This document shows positions 44,731-52,803 of a DNA stretch of 52,803 nucleotides, piece after piece. Under the pieces are notes generated by a model. That model saw only the letters and a list, made by a program, of their open reading frames with translations, did no database searches and was not told the DNA's origin. The first letter of the stretch is position 1, and each line of letters begins with the position of its first letter. Source of the stretch: a virus (lineage: Duplodnaviria > Caudoviricetes); the IMG/VR virus record IMGVR_UViG_3300006865_000015, positions 1 through 52,803 of that record; one strand, 5' to 3'. A program made the translations under genes and the position numbers.

Positions 44731-45846
44731 TCAGGCCCCGTTGAGACCGAAGATCAGACCGCAGCCCTTCGGGTTACGGCACTCCAGGGTGCCTTCTTCC
44801 ACGATCTGGCCGATGATCGAGTCACCGAGTTGGCCCAGATCAACTTCCTGCGTCGGACGCAGAACAGCCCACGCGAACCACATCGGATCGTACACCAGCG
44901 CCGAGAAGTTGGCCGTGGTATCGAGACCGGGGACACCCGTGTAGGCAATACCCATCACGTAGTTCGGAACGACCATGATCGCGCCGAAATCCGACTCGTA
45001 GAATTCCACCGACTGGCGGAGCTTGCCCGACGCATCGATGCTACGACGCACGTTGCCGTCGCCAGCGTTCGTGGTCGAGGAGCCAGCCAGCTGGGCACGA
45101 GCCGAGAAGGCACGGCGGTTCGACGGAGACAACATCAGCCTGGAAGCCTTGCCGCCATTCTCATAGATCGCCTGCATCACCGTGTCAACGTGAGCCAGCT
45201 GCAGCGGATTCTTGTCGGCAGACGTCACCGTGGTGAACGTGCCAGCCACACCGCCGCCCGGGTTGGTCGGAGCGGTGTACTCTCCCGGGGTCGTCAGCAC
45301 GTTGAGCGCCGTCGCCGGGGTGCTCGTTGCAGCCGTGTAGTTGACCCACGCTTGATAGCCACCGAACGTGCGGATACCAGCGCCGTTGCTCGACTGCCAA
45401 GTGTTGACAGCACCGAACTCGATGTCACGACGCATTTCCACACCACGCTTCTTCAGCTGGTAGGCGTACTCGTCGGCGACACCGGCCTGATCCACAGCGC
45501 GCTTCGAGCCAGTGACGGTCACGGTCTTGCTGTTGATCTGGCAGTAGTTACCCAGGCGGGTACGGTGCGGTTCAGCGGCTTGCGCAGCGTGTTGCGTCGC
45601 GTACGACACGCCTTCAGCCACAGCACCTTGGACCGGAGGGGCCAGTTCGTCGGTCTGCCACTCGTGCAGAATCGCCTTGGCCTTGGTCTTGCCGATCGAG
45701 CTCAGGAACGGGGTCTCGTCGCGCGAGATCATGCTGATGAAGTTGGCGAGATCTTCCTTCTCACTCGCGTTCGCCGCGTTACCGGTGGCAGCGGCCGAAC
45801 GAATAGCGGCCTTCGGACCGCCAGTGGCAAAGGTATTGCCAGCCAT
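44731..45846 (-). CDS. Major capsid protein (DUF5309 / phiEco32-SU10-like)
   Basis: EDLANFISMISRDETPFLS, HEWQTDEL, NYCQI, YESDFG, EGTLE. Confidence 0.93.
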   Translation of the reverse strand: MAGNTFATGGPKAAIRSAAATGNAANASEKEDLANFISMISRDETPFLSSIGKTKAKAILHEWQTDELAPPVQGAVAEGVSYATQHAAQAAEPHRTRLGNYCQINSKTVTVTGSKRAVDQAGVADEYAYQLKKRGVEMRRDIEFGAVNTWQSSNGAGIRTFGGYQAWVNYTAATSTPATALNVLTTPGEYTAPTNPGGGVAGTFTTVTSADKNPLQLAHVDTVMQAIYENGGKASRLMLSPSNRRAFSARAQLAGSSTTNAGDGNVRRSIDASGKLRQSVEFYESDFGAIMVVPNYVMGIAYTGVPGLDTTANFSALVYDPMWFAWAVLRPTQEVDLGQLGDSIIGQIVEEGTLECRNPKGCGLIFGLNGA

Positions 45847-45903
45847 GTTCTTTTCCTTTCAGTAGAGGCGGAGAGACCTTCTTCGAGGTCTTGCCCTTGT
45901 TTC

Positions 45904-47058
45904 TCACTTCAGCTTCTTGGAGATTGAGCTGATGCCTTTGAGGAAGTCCAGTTGCTGACCAGCGTCACCTTTGCCGCTCAGGACAGTGCTACGCAGGCTA
46001 GCTTGGCTCTTCTTCGCAGCGACGGACGGCGGAGTTCCCTTCTTCACAGGCACAGCCTTTGAAGCAGGAACCTTCTTTTCCGTACGCTTAGACGCACCTT
46101 TCTCAACCGCCTCTTTGAGACTGCGGTAGTCATTGATGAATTTCACTACACGGGCGTCATAGATGGTCTCTAGCAGCGATTCCGGAATGCCTTCTTTCAG
46201 AGCGAAGTCGCGGCACTTGACCGCCACTTCGTCAGTGTAACCCGCGATGAGTTGAGGCGCTTCCTCGGCATATTTCTTCGCCAGGGCTACTTGCTCATCT
46301 TGCACACGCTTCTGGTAAGCAATCGCAACCTTCGCCAGCTTCTCCTTGCGGTTCTGCTGCGCTGCGGCGTATTCTTCTTGGAGCTCACGCATCCGCTCGT
46401 TAGCTTCGCGCGCGGCGTAGGTGTCCCCATTCTTCTTTGCCTCGTCACGGGCCTTCTTGACTTCGCCGTATTGCGCCGCGATAGCGTTCTCCGCAGCAGC
46501 CAGTTCCGTGTTGAGAACATCTGCCAGTTGGATTACTTCAGCCAGTTTCGTTTGACGCTCAGCCTCAACGGCCTTCTTCAAGTCGCCGATTTCTCGACCC
46601 TTCTGCGACAGATGCTGGTCCGTGGCGTATCCCCTGCGGAGATCACCCAAGGAGACTTTGACTACCTTACCGTCAATCTTGACGGGGACAGTCGCCGTCC
46701 AGTCGATCTGCTCTTCTTCGAAATGTGCAACTTCAGTGGTAGACTGCTCGTCATCACCTTGGTCGTCATCTTCGTCGGAGGGCGTCTCGGCTTCCTCACC
46801 TGCGGTTTCTTCGGACGATTCATCGGCATCGGGATCTTCCAATGAGTCATCCTGAGTCGTGTCGCCTTGCTCCTCTTCCTCGTCGGTGGGTAGCGATTCA
46901 TCACGTTCAGCAGCAGCCTGAAGCACAGGGCTACGACGGAGAATGGCATCCAAGGAGGGCAGCGCCGCCTCGCCAGCACTATAAGAGTCGAAGTCAGCCG
47001 ACGAGATTTCGCTCGCGGCGGTCGATTCTACAGCACCAGTGGTATTCTGTTGAGTCAT
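45904..47058 (-). CDS. Capsid scaffolding protein
   Basis: Acidic N-terminus, VKIDG..LRRGY..HLSQKG, coiled coil; upstream of the capsid gene. Confidence 0.85.
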   Translation of the reverse strand: MTQQNTTGAVESTAASEISSADFDSYSAGEAALPSLDAILRRSPVLQAAAERDESLPTDEEEEQGDTTQDDSLEDPDADESSEETAGEEAETPSDEDDDQGDDEQSTTEVAHFEEEQIDWTATVPVKIDGKVVKVSLGDLRRGYATDQHLSQKGREIGDLKKAVEAERQTKLAEVIQLADVLNTELAAAENAIAAQYGEVKKARDEAKKNGDTYAAREANERMRELQEEYAAAQQNRKEKLAKVAIAYQKRVQDEQVALAKKYAEEAPQLIAGYTDEVAVKCRDFALKEGIPESLLETIYDARVVKFINDYRSLKEAVEKGASKRTEKKVPASKAVPVKKGTPPSVAAKKSQASLRSTVLSGKGDAGQQLDFLKGISSISKKLK

Positions 47059-47081
47059 GTTATTCTAGTCCTCGTGATGGG

Positions 47082-47402
47082 TTAGCGATGGTGATTACGC
47101 TTTGCAGCTTTGGCCTCACGGGCTTCTCGCATGCGCTTCGCAAAGGGATTTTCGACTTTGCCTTCTTCGGCTACTGGGCCTTCACCCTCATTGGCTTGAG
47201 CTTCCGCGTCTTCCATCTCCACCACAAGGTCTTGCAGCTGAGAGAGACCCGTCAGGACGAAACTCAGGGCAGGAGCCTGGGAAATGATGCGGTGAACACC
47301 GTTGGAGCCTGCCTTCCGGGCAGAGATGATGGCACGAACGTTGTCTTCGAGAGCGTCTTGGAGCCCTTCGATGGCATCATTCAGTTGGGTTTTGGTCAGC
47401 AT
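47082..47402 (-). CDS. Hypothetical protein
   Basis: AAGGGA RBS; MLTKTQLND.. Confidence 0.6.
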   Translation of the reverse strand: MLTKTQLNDAIEGLQDALEDNVRAIISARKAGSNGVHRIISQAPALSFVLTGLSQLQDLVVEMEDAEAQANEGEGPVAEEGKVENPFAKRMREAREAKAAKRNHHR

Positions 47403-47784
47403 TGTCAGTCCCTTCTTGACTTGATCTTGCATGGGCTCCAGCCTCATCTAGCAGTCGTTGCTGCGATTGCAGGTACTGGGTATTTCTGCCGAGGTTGGAA
47501 AAGTCGATGAGCTTACCCTTGACAGAGCCAAGGGCCATTGCGGTGGCGTAGAGAAACTCGCGCTCCTTCACGCAGTGAGCTTCGGTCTTGAGCCATGCCA
47601 TGAAGATGTCCGATAGGACTTCCCCAAAGGCGGCATCAAAGAATTGCTCCTTCATTTGGTCCGCGAACGAACCCCTCACGATTGCCTCCTGTGCGCTCTG
47701 GGCTGCTTGCGCAGTGGTCACAGTGGCAGGAAACTTGCTACGGACAGCGTTGCGCAATGCAACCTGCTTCCGATCATCAGACAT
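47377..47784 (-). CDS. Head-module hypothetical protein
   Basis: AGGAGG RBS; WLKT..EREFLY. Confidence 0.7.
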   Translation of the reverse strand: MSDDRKQVALRNAVRSKFPATVTTAQAAQSAQEAIVRGSFADQMKEQFFDAAFGEVLSDIFMAWLKTEAHCVKEREFLYATAMALGSVKGKLIDFSNLGRNTQYLQSQQRLLDEAGAHARSSQEGTDNADQNPTE

Positions 47785-47799
47785 GTTAGTCCTCCTAAG

Positions 47800-47850
47800 T
47801 GGTTCCCTCTCCTGGACCAACGAATTAACAGTCCGCTGCGCTAAGAGGGA
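47800..47850 (-). tRNA. Armless tRNA-Asn(GTT)-like element, 51 nt
   Basis: TCCCTCT-TA-GCGCA-GCGGA-CTGTTAA-TTCGT-TGGTC-CAGG-AGAGGGA-A-CCA: perfect 7-bp acceptor stem, Asn anticodon arm, encoded CCA, no D or T arm. Confidence 0.7.
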
Positions 47851-47861
47851 GTAGGTGCGAG

Positions 47862-47887
47862 CCTACCCCGGTTGGGGCCGGGATAGG
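47862..47887 (-). promoter_or_regulatory. Leader hairpin upstream of the tRNA-like element
   Basis: CCTATCCCGG-ccccaa-CCGGGGTAGG. Confidence 0.55.
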
Positions 47888-47893
47888 TTCTGT

Positions 47894-47909
47894 CTGTTAG
47901 GTACCGGCT
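47894..47909 (-). promoter_or_regulatory. Putative phage RNAP promoter, copy 3
   Basis: AGCCGGTACCTAACAG upstream of the scaffold/capsid operon. Confidence 0.55.
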
Positions 47910-47916
47910 AACCGGA

Positions 47917-50217
47917 TCACGCGCCTTGAGCGTTGACCCCTGCAGTCGGGTTCATCATACCAGCGGCAGGCCCGGGAAGCTCCTCGATGGGAGGGGTGCT
48001 GATAGGAGTGCTGGCATCAGTGTTGACCAAGGCCATTATCTCCTTTAGGATACCAATGGTATCAGGCTCAGGCGGCAACTTCGTGGTGTCAATGCCTTCT
48101 TTAACAGCAGCTACGATGGTTTTCATGTATTCCTGCTTGGCCTTGACGACAGCAACCAGAAGTTGTCGAGCATTGTCCTGCATAGCGTTCTTGGTCTGCA
48201 CATTCGTCAGAGCCAGGTTTGCCTGCTTCGTGCTGATGTCCAGCTGCTTGATCTGCTCATCGAGTTTGCGACCCTTCTCAGCAGCTTCGAGCTCTGCCTT
48301 ACGAGACGCTGCGGCCTGCTTCTTGAAGTCCTCAGAAGTGTAGTCCACCAAGAAGTCCAGCGGATCAAGGTCCATCGCTTCGATTGTCTTGCAGGCGATT
48401 CGCACCGCAGCTTCAGGATTGATGGCACCACCAGCACCGGCTTCTTTCAAAGCGGGCAGGATCTGCTTACCAATTACGGACATCTTCTTGATGATGTTCG
48501 AGTTGGAGTGGTCTCCGACGTCAGCGTTGACGTAAAAGTTCATTTCCTCCGGCAGTTCCTTAGGGTCGACACTCTGCAGAAAGTCGTTGTGATCGTAGTA
48601 CTGCATCTTAGTGCCGCCCATCTGCTTGCGCAAGGTTCGGTAGATGCCCTCAACGAGCCGCTTGAAGCCAGTCTCCACAAGACGCCGAGCAATGTACTGG
48701 ATGCGCACTTGCGCCGCCGACATGACGCGATTCAGCTTCTCCTCAGAGTTGCCACTGACGTAGAGCGTGTCGTTCAGACCCTGCGCAGCCTTGGACAGAC
48801 CGTGTGCCTGCTCCTTGTTCTGCTGAAGAACTTGGAGAAGCGGGACCGTACCAGTGCTGATGGTGTCAGGGCTGAGCGGTGCTACGGCGTTCTGCGGGTT
48901 GCCATTCGTAGGGATCAGCTGCTTGGGCTTCATGTTCTGAAGCGCACTGAAGTCCACTACGTTCGGATCAGCCAGCTTGGGCGAGTAGTTCGTCAAGTAG
49001 ACGTTTTCCACAAAGCCACGCAGGATTGCCGTCGAAGCCAAGGTGCTCGGGCGAGCGATGTCTGCTACAGACAGGCCCAAGAACTCGTGAGGAATCTCGA
49101 ACGGGCATAGGCTTGCCATCGGGATGAAGTCACAGTCTTCTTCGACCAGGATTGTCTTGCCTACCGTGATGAATCGCTTGAGCTCAGCAATACCGTCTCC
49201 GTCACGGTCCACTCGGAACCAAGACTCGACCACAGTGATCGGCGTGTTGGCTTCCGTGGTGAAGACGTCGCGAGCATGGTTGTTCATCCAGTATTCTTGC
49301 CCGGTCAGCATCTTGCGAATGGCAGACTCCTCAGTGTACTTCGAAGCCCAGTCCATTTCGCCGTCACCAACTTCGCTCCAATTCACGAGCTCAGCCCGCT
49401 CAGGCCAGTAGGTACGGATCTCCGAGCGAGTCATCTCATAGGTGACGCCCAGGTAGGATGCGTCTTCGATGCAGGTGGCATCACGCGTGACGCGGAAGTT
49501 CTCCGGAGGGACCGTGTTGATGGCGATCCGGTTGCGAGAGATCTTCTCCCGAAGTCGAACGTCCTTGTATACGTTGGTGTACTCCGTAGCGTCAGGCGTC
49601 AGAAGTTGAGGCTCGTATTGAAGCTCACCGACAACTTCTACGTTCTCCTTGGCAAGCTCCAGATCGAGTTCCATCTGTGTGATGGTCTCGAACTCACGGA
49701 ACTTGTACTCGTGGTCTTCGACGAAGCCCCACCGAATGATGGAGTTCTTCCACATCAGAGCTGACTTGAGCCAAGTATTGAGCTTCGCCCAGCCGTCGTT
49801 CTGACGGAAGACGACGTAGTTCACAAGGTCCGAGGCTACGACTGCTTGATGGATGGCGGTCGGGCTATGGCTGGTCGGTACGAACTTCGCAATCTTGTTG
49901 TTGTTCAGCAGCAGTTCTGACAGGATTGCGGTGTAACCCTCGATAGCCTCCACTGTGTCAGAACTCACAAGCTGACTCACACCTTGCGGGGATAGATGAC
50001 CCACCGGCAGCATACCGTACTCCAGCGTACTCTTTTGGCGCTCTGTGGCCAGTGATGCTGAATTGAGGAAGTCACCTACGGAGTTCTTGATGCCATCCGA
50101 GATCATCGTGATCAGGGTGTCATCGTCAACTGCAACTTGGTAGCCGTCTGGGGCGGGCGGAGCGGTTGTTGCGTGCTCCTCGTTCTGATCACTCAGATCA
50201 ACACGGTCTTCAATCAT
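47917..50217 (-). CDS. Portal protein
   Basis: VSSDTVEAIEG, D.DGDGIAEL, PHEFLGLS; TGAAAGGA RBS supports start at 50217. Confidence 0.92.
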   Translation of the reverse strand: MIEDRVDLSDQNEEHATTAPPAPDGYQVAVDDDTLITMISDGIKNSVGDFLNSASLATERQKSTLEYGMLPVGHLSPQGVSQLVSSDTVEAIEGYTAILSELLLNNNKIAKFVPTSHSPTAIHQAVVASDLVNYVVFRQNDGWAKLNTWLKSALMWKNSIIRWGFVEDHEYKFREFETITQMELDLELAKENVEVVGELQYEPQLLTPDATEYTNVYKDVRLREKISRNRIAINTVPPENFRVTRDATCIEDASYLGVTYEMTRSEIRTYWPERAELVNWSEVGDGEMDWASKYTEESAIRKMLTGQEYWMNNHARDVFTTEANTPITVVESWFRVDRDGDGIAELKRFITVGKTILVEEDCDFIPMASLCPFEIPHEFLGLSVADIARPSTLASTAILRGFVENVYLTNYSPKLADPNVVDFSALQNMKPKQLIPTNGNPQNAVAPLSPDTISTGTVPLLQVLQQNKEQAHGLSKAAQGLNDTLYVSGNSEEKLNRVMSAAQVRIQYIARRLVETGFKRLVEGIYRTLRKQMGGTKMQYYDHNDFLQSVDPKELPEEMNFYVNADVGDHSNSNIIKKMSVIGKQILPALKEAGAGGAINPEAAVRIACKTIEAMDLDPLDFLVDYTSEDFKKQAAASRKAELEAAEKGRKLDEQIKQLDISTKQANLALTNVQTKNAMQDNARQLLVAVVKAKQEYMKTIVAAVKEGIDTTKLPPEPDTIGILKEIMALVNTDASTPISTPPIEELPGPAAGMMNPTAGVNAQGA

Positions 50218-50271
50218 TGGGGTTCCTTTCACAGCGGCGTCTAGCACAGACAGCCCTAGCTGGATGTTGTA

Positions 50272-50392
50272 TGGTGAGAGGCCCACCCGAGGCTTCTAGC
50301 GACAGGGTGGGCCAATGTTGATGCTTCTCCCATAGGGGCGCATCTTCCTAAGCCCCTCGGCCTTGCGGCCAGCAGGAGGACTAGGCCTGCTT
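50272..50392 (-). ncRNA. Structured intergenic RNA candidate upstream of the portal
   Basis: Four stems, one GCAA tetraloop, two possible pseudoknot pairings. Confidence 0.35.
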
Positions 50393-50394
50393 TT

Positions 50395-50610
50395 TCATCG
50401 CCCGTCGCTCAGTTTCTTGAGCGGCAGGGTTTTGTCCGCCTTGGTGATGCCTTTCGGCTTCGCCTTGTCTTTCTCTGCGAGACCACGTACGGGGAGTACC
50501 TTAGCTGCAGGGGTGTACTTCTCAGGTTGCGTCTTGGCAAACTTCGCAATCGTCTTCGGGCTAAGGACATCTTTGATGCCTTGCGTCGTCTTAGGGTCCA
50601 TGAAGTTCAT
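50395..50610 (-). CDS. Small Lys-rich protein
   Basis: GAGGAG RBS; MNFMDPKTTQG.. Confidence 0.65.
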   Translation of the reverse strand: MNFMDPKTTQGIKDVLSPKTIAKFAKTQPEKYTPAAKVLPVRGLAEKDKAKPKGITKADKTLPLKKLSDGR

Positions 50611-50621
50611 GGTGTCTCTCC

Positions 50622-50957
50622 TCAATAGGTGGAGGGTCGTGCGATCGAGCGCAACAGCTTCATGAAGCCGACTTGGAAGTCCGTGTCCGCGAGAGCAGCC
50701 CAACGGGCTGGGCTTAGACGGGTCACACCGTCCTGCTCCAGCGGGTGGTTCTCAGTGAAGTCGCGCACATCCGTGACCAGATGAGCGACTTCCTCCGCTA
50801 CGGCTTTCACACGGTTGATGAGGGCCTGCTCCTCCGGGCTCAGCTGGTGGTAGCCTGCGGTCGAAACTTTGGCGGGGTTAGCCATCCGGGTGTCAAATCC
50901 GAGTGAATGCTTCTTGGGGACTTCGATTCGATGATCGTCTGCTTTTACTTCGTACAT
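50622..50957 (-). CDS. acb2: Acb2-like anti-CBASS cyclic-oligonucleotide sponge
   Basis: GYHQLSPEEQALINRVK..RWAALADTDFQVGFMKLLRSIARP parallels Acb2 [41 protein letters not shown] (recalled). Confidence 0.85.
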   Translation of the reverse strand: MYEVKADDHRIEVPKKHSLGFDTRMANPAKVSTAGYHQLSPEEQALINRVKAVAEEVAHLVTDVRDFTENHPLEQDGVTRLSPARWAALADTDFQVGFMKLLRSIARPSTY

Positions 50958-51044
50958 GGTGTTCCTCTCTATTAGAGTCTGTAGTATGGACCGACCACCA
51001 AACTGCCTGGAGTGATCTCACGGGCTATACCTTAGGAGTCAATT

Positions 51045-52715
51045 CTACAACCACACAGTGGGTTCCTGCCTCCATGCGAGGTTCTTCTCGCGGAAGCCGA
51101 TCTTGGTGTTCGTCAGCTTGTCTCCGTGCGTGCGGAGCATCTCAAGCCCGATAGCAGTCGCCATGACTGTATCGTCATTAGATCCCGGCTGAGCTGCCGT
51201 CTTGCCAGTTTCATCCTGCACGTAGGTCATGAGCTCAGAGATGATCACCGGATCGGGGATCCAGATCTCCTCATTCTCAATGGCGTTCTTCAGGTAGCCG
51301 ATGATGGCAGGTTTTGATGTGTGAGTCGTGCGCCAGCCTGCTTTTGCGCCTTCTTCCATCGAGACGTTCGCTGTTTTGGTTTGGTAGTACAGGTTCTGGC
51401 AGTTCATCTGGATGAGCCGGTTCAACGTGGCGATTCCCATGCTGTTAGACTCCACTCCGATGAGCGCATTGTTGTAGTACCGTGCAAGGTAGAATAGCAA
51501 GTCGCCATACTTTGAGGGATCTACCATGTTGTTCCTGTAGACTGCGCAGATTTGCCGCTTCGGGTTGAGCACTACAGCGGCACTGTAGTCCTTCCCAACT
51601 CCGAGGCTCACGTCGGCTGCTAGGACGTACAGTCCCGATGAAGTCGGCGGAATGAAAATCTTTAAGCTGCCAATCTTGTCATCTTCCCACTGCATCTTCT
51701 CGAAATTGAACTCTTGACGATACTTGATGGGTTGAGGAATCAGAGCGTTGAGCTTTTCAAGGTCGAAGACGTTCGCGCCGGACACCAGGAAGGCTTCTTC
51801 CGCGTGAGCTGGGTACTCTTGCTTGAACTTGTCTTCGCCACCTTCAGCAATCTTCAGACGTCGCCAATAAAGCTGTTCCTTCGTGAGGAGGTAGCCGTGC
51901 TTCTCGTAGATCTTGAGTGCGTAGGCCGCTTCCTCTGGCGTTTTCTCGAAGTTTGGAGGGGCTTCTCGGGCGTACTCGGGTGTGAGAAACCAGGGAATGA
52001 AGATGGCGAGGTACTCGTTCTCACCTTTCACTGCGCCTTCCCAGAGGCGATGGAACTCATTGCCCACGCCGTTGGCAGTAGACTCCAAGATGACTTCCGT
52101 GCCGTTAGCCTGGGAGATGCCCTGAAATAGGCCAGCCAGGATCTTGTCGTCATGCTGCCAGAATGCTACTTCGGATAGGTGCGCCACAGTAGGCGTCATG
52201 CCACGGCCTGCTTCGGGGCTACCTGCCGTGAAAAGGCGGTATCCAGACTCGTTGTGCTCGAAGACAATCTCCTTGGCGTTGGACTTCTTGATGCCGGGTT
52301 GCCATTCCGGTTCCATGTTATTGATCGCTGCTCGCGACATGGTGAACAGGGCGTCGGAAGTGGCAGAGTCATGCGCCATGACTACCGATTTTTGGAGTCC
52401 GTGGAAGTAGCACTTCCAGAATACTCGTGCAGTGGTGTAGGTCGAGATACCTTGCTGGCGGGCCTTCAGGATGATGGCTCTAACTCGCCCAGTTTCTCGC
52501 AGTTGTTTCTCGATCTTGTCGTTGATCAGCCTCTGAGCTGCGTTCAGCTTCATCGGGATGTAGCCTTGAGAGCTATCCTTTGGCAGAATCCTGATACGTT
52601 CTTCCGCGAACAGGGCAAAGTTGGTCTTGTAGACTTCTTCCTGCTCCTTTTTCTTCAGCAGCTTAAGTAGTTTCAGCTTCTCAGCATTTGTGACGGGCTT
52701 CTTTGTGGTCGCCAT
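51045..52715 (-). CDS. terL: Terminase large subunit
   Basis: LKARQQGIST, HLSEVAFW, ESTANG, ADVSLG, NDDTVMA. Confidence 0.95.
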   Translation of the reverse strand: MATTKKPVTNAEKLKLLKLLKKKEQEEVYKTNFALFAEERIRILPKDSSQGYIPMKLNAAQRLINDKIEKQLRETGRVRAIILKARQQGISTYTTARVFWKCYFHGLQKSVVMAHDSATSDALFTMSRAAINNMEPEWQPGIKKSNAKEIVFEHNESGYRLFTAGSPEAGRGMTPTVAHLSEVAFWQHDDKILAGLFQGISQANGTEVILESTANGVGNEFHRLWEGAVKGENEYLAIFIPWFLTPEYAREAPPNFEKTPEEAAYALKIYEKHGYLLTKEQLYWRRLKIAEGGEDKFKQEYPAHAEEAFLVSGANVFDLEKLNALIPQPIKYRQEFNFEKMQWEDDKIGSLKIFIPPTSSGLYVLAADVSLGVGKDYSAAVVLNPKRQICAVYRNNMVDPSKYGDLLFYLARYYNNALIGVESNSMGIATLNRLIQMNCQNLYYQTKTANVSMEEGAKAGWRTTHTSKPAIIGYLKNAIENEEIWIPDPVIISELMTYVQDETGKTAAQPGSNDDTVMATAIGLEMLRTHGDKLTNTKIGFREKNLAWRQEPTVWL

Positions 52716-52803
52716 GCCGTAGTCCTCCTGCTTGGGTGTGCTTTGACGGTCCTCTTTGTCTTTCTGTGTTAATCCACATCAAGTGGTGCCATGCTACATG
52801 GTC

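Noticed and set aside
44674-45927. Long antisense ORFs (417 aa here; also 30669-31691, 48163-49110, 11771-12658, 19701-20588)
   Set aside because: Shadows of strongly codon-biased genes on the opposite strand; no motifs or RBS
47800-47850. tRNA fragment as an attP integration site
   Set aside because: No integrase or repressor in the window, and both tRNA ends are kept with internal deletions, unlike a contiguous att core
50340-50392. HDV-like or theta ribozyme (GTC-CTCCTGCT-GGC resembles P3/L3)
   Set aside because: No upstream P1 partner; the nested double-pseudoknot topology cannot be built
52716-52803. Terminase small subunit upstream of terL
   Set aside because: Only 88 nt are available; the frame and product cannot be assigned
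1-52803. CRISPR array, canonical tRNAs, base-modification (e.g. PurZ) genes
   Set aside because: None recognised by eye; short or degenerate elements could have been missed

Overview
This window is a 52.8 kb piece of a lytic, podovirus-type dsDNA phage with two convergent gene blocks that meet at a bidirectional terminator (~22185-22230). The + strand block (1-22181) carries early/middle genes: ATP-dependent DNA ligase, T7-like DNA polymerase, 5'-3' exonuclease, GIY-YIG nuclease, primase-helicase, a 732-aa T7-like RNA polymerase, class II ribonucleotide reductase, thioredoxin, nucleotide-processing enzymes and a PagP-like outer-membrane protein. The - strand block (52715-22235) carries late genes: terminase, an Acb2-like anti-CBASS sponge, portal, scaffold, a phiEco32/SU10-type capsid, tail, lysis and ejection genes. 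The main finding is that the last ejection gene (1272 aa, no cysteine) keeps all catalytic motifs of a single-subunit RNA polymerase. It is a candidate compact virion-packaged RNAP about one third the size of N4 vRNAP, ends in an SSB-like tail, and is paired with a second, unsplit RNAP. Other highlights are a 51-nt tRNA-Asn-like element lacking both D and T arms, a -1 frameshift signal joining two ejection ORFs, an SNase-like domain on an ejection protein, and a recurring AGCCGGnnCCTAA promoter-like motif. No integrase, CRISPR array or full-length tRNA was seen. All family calls are by-eye motif recognition; no database searches were run.
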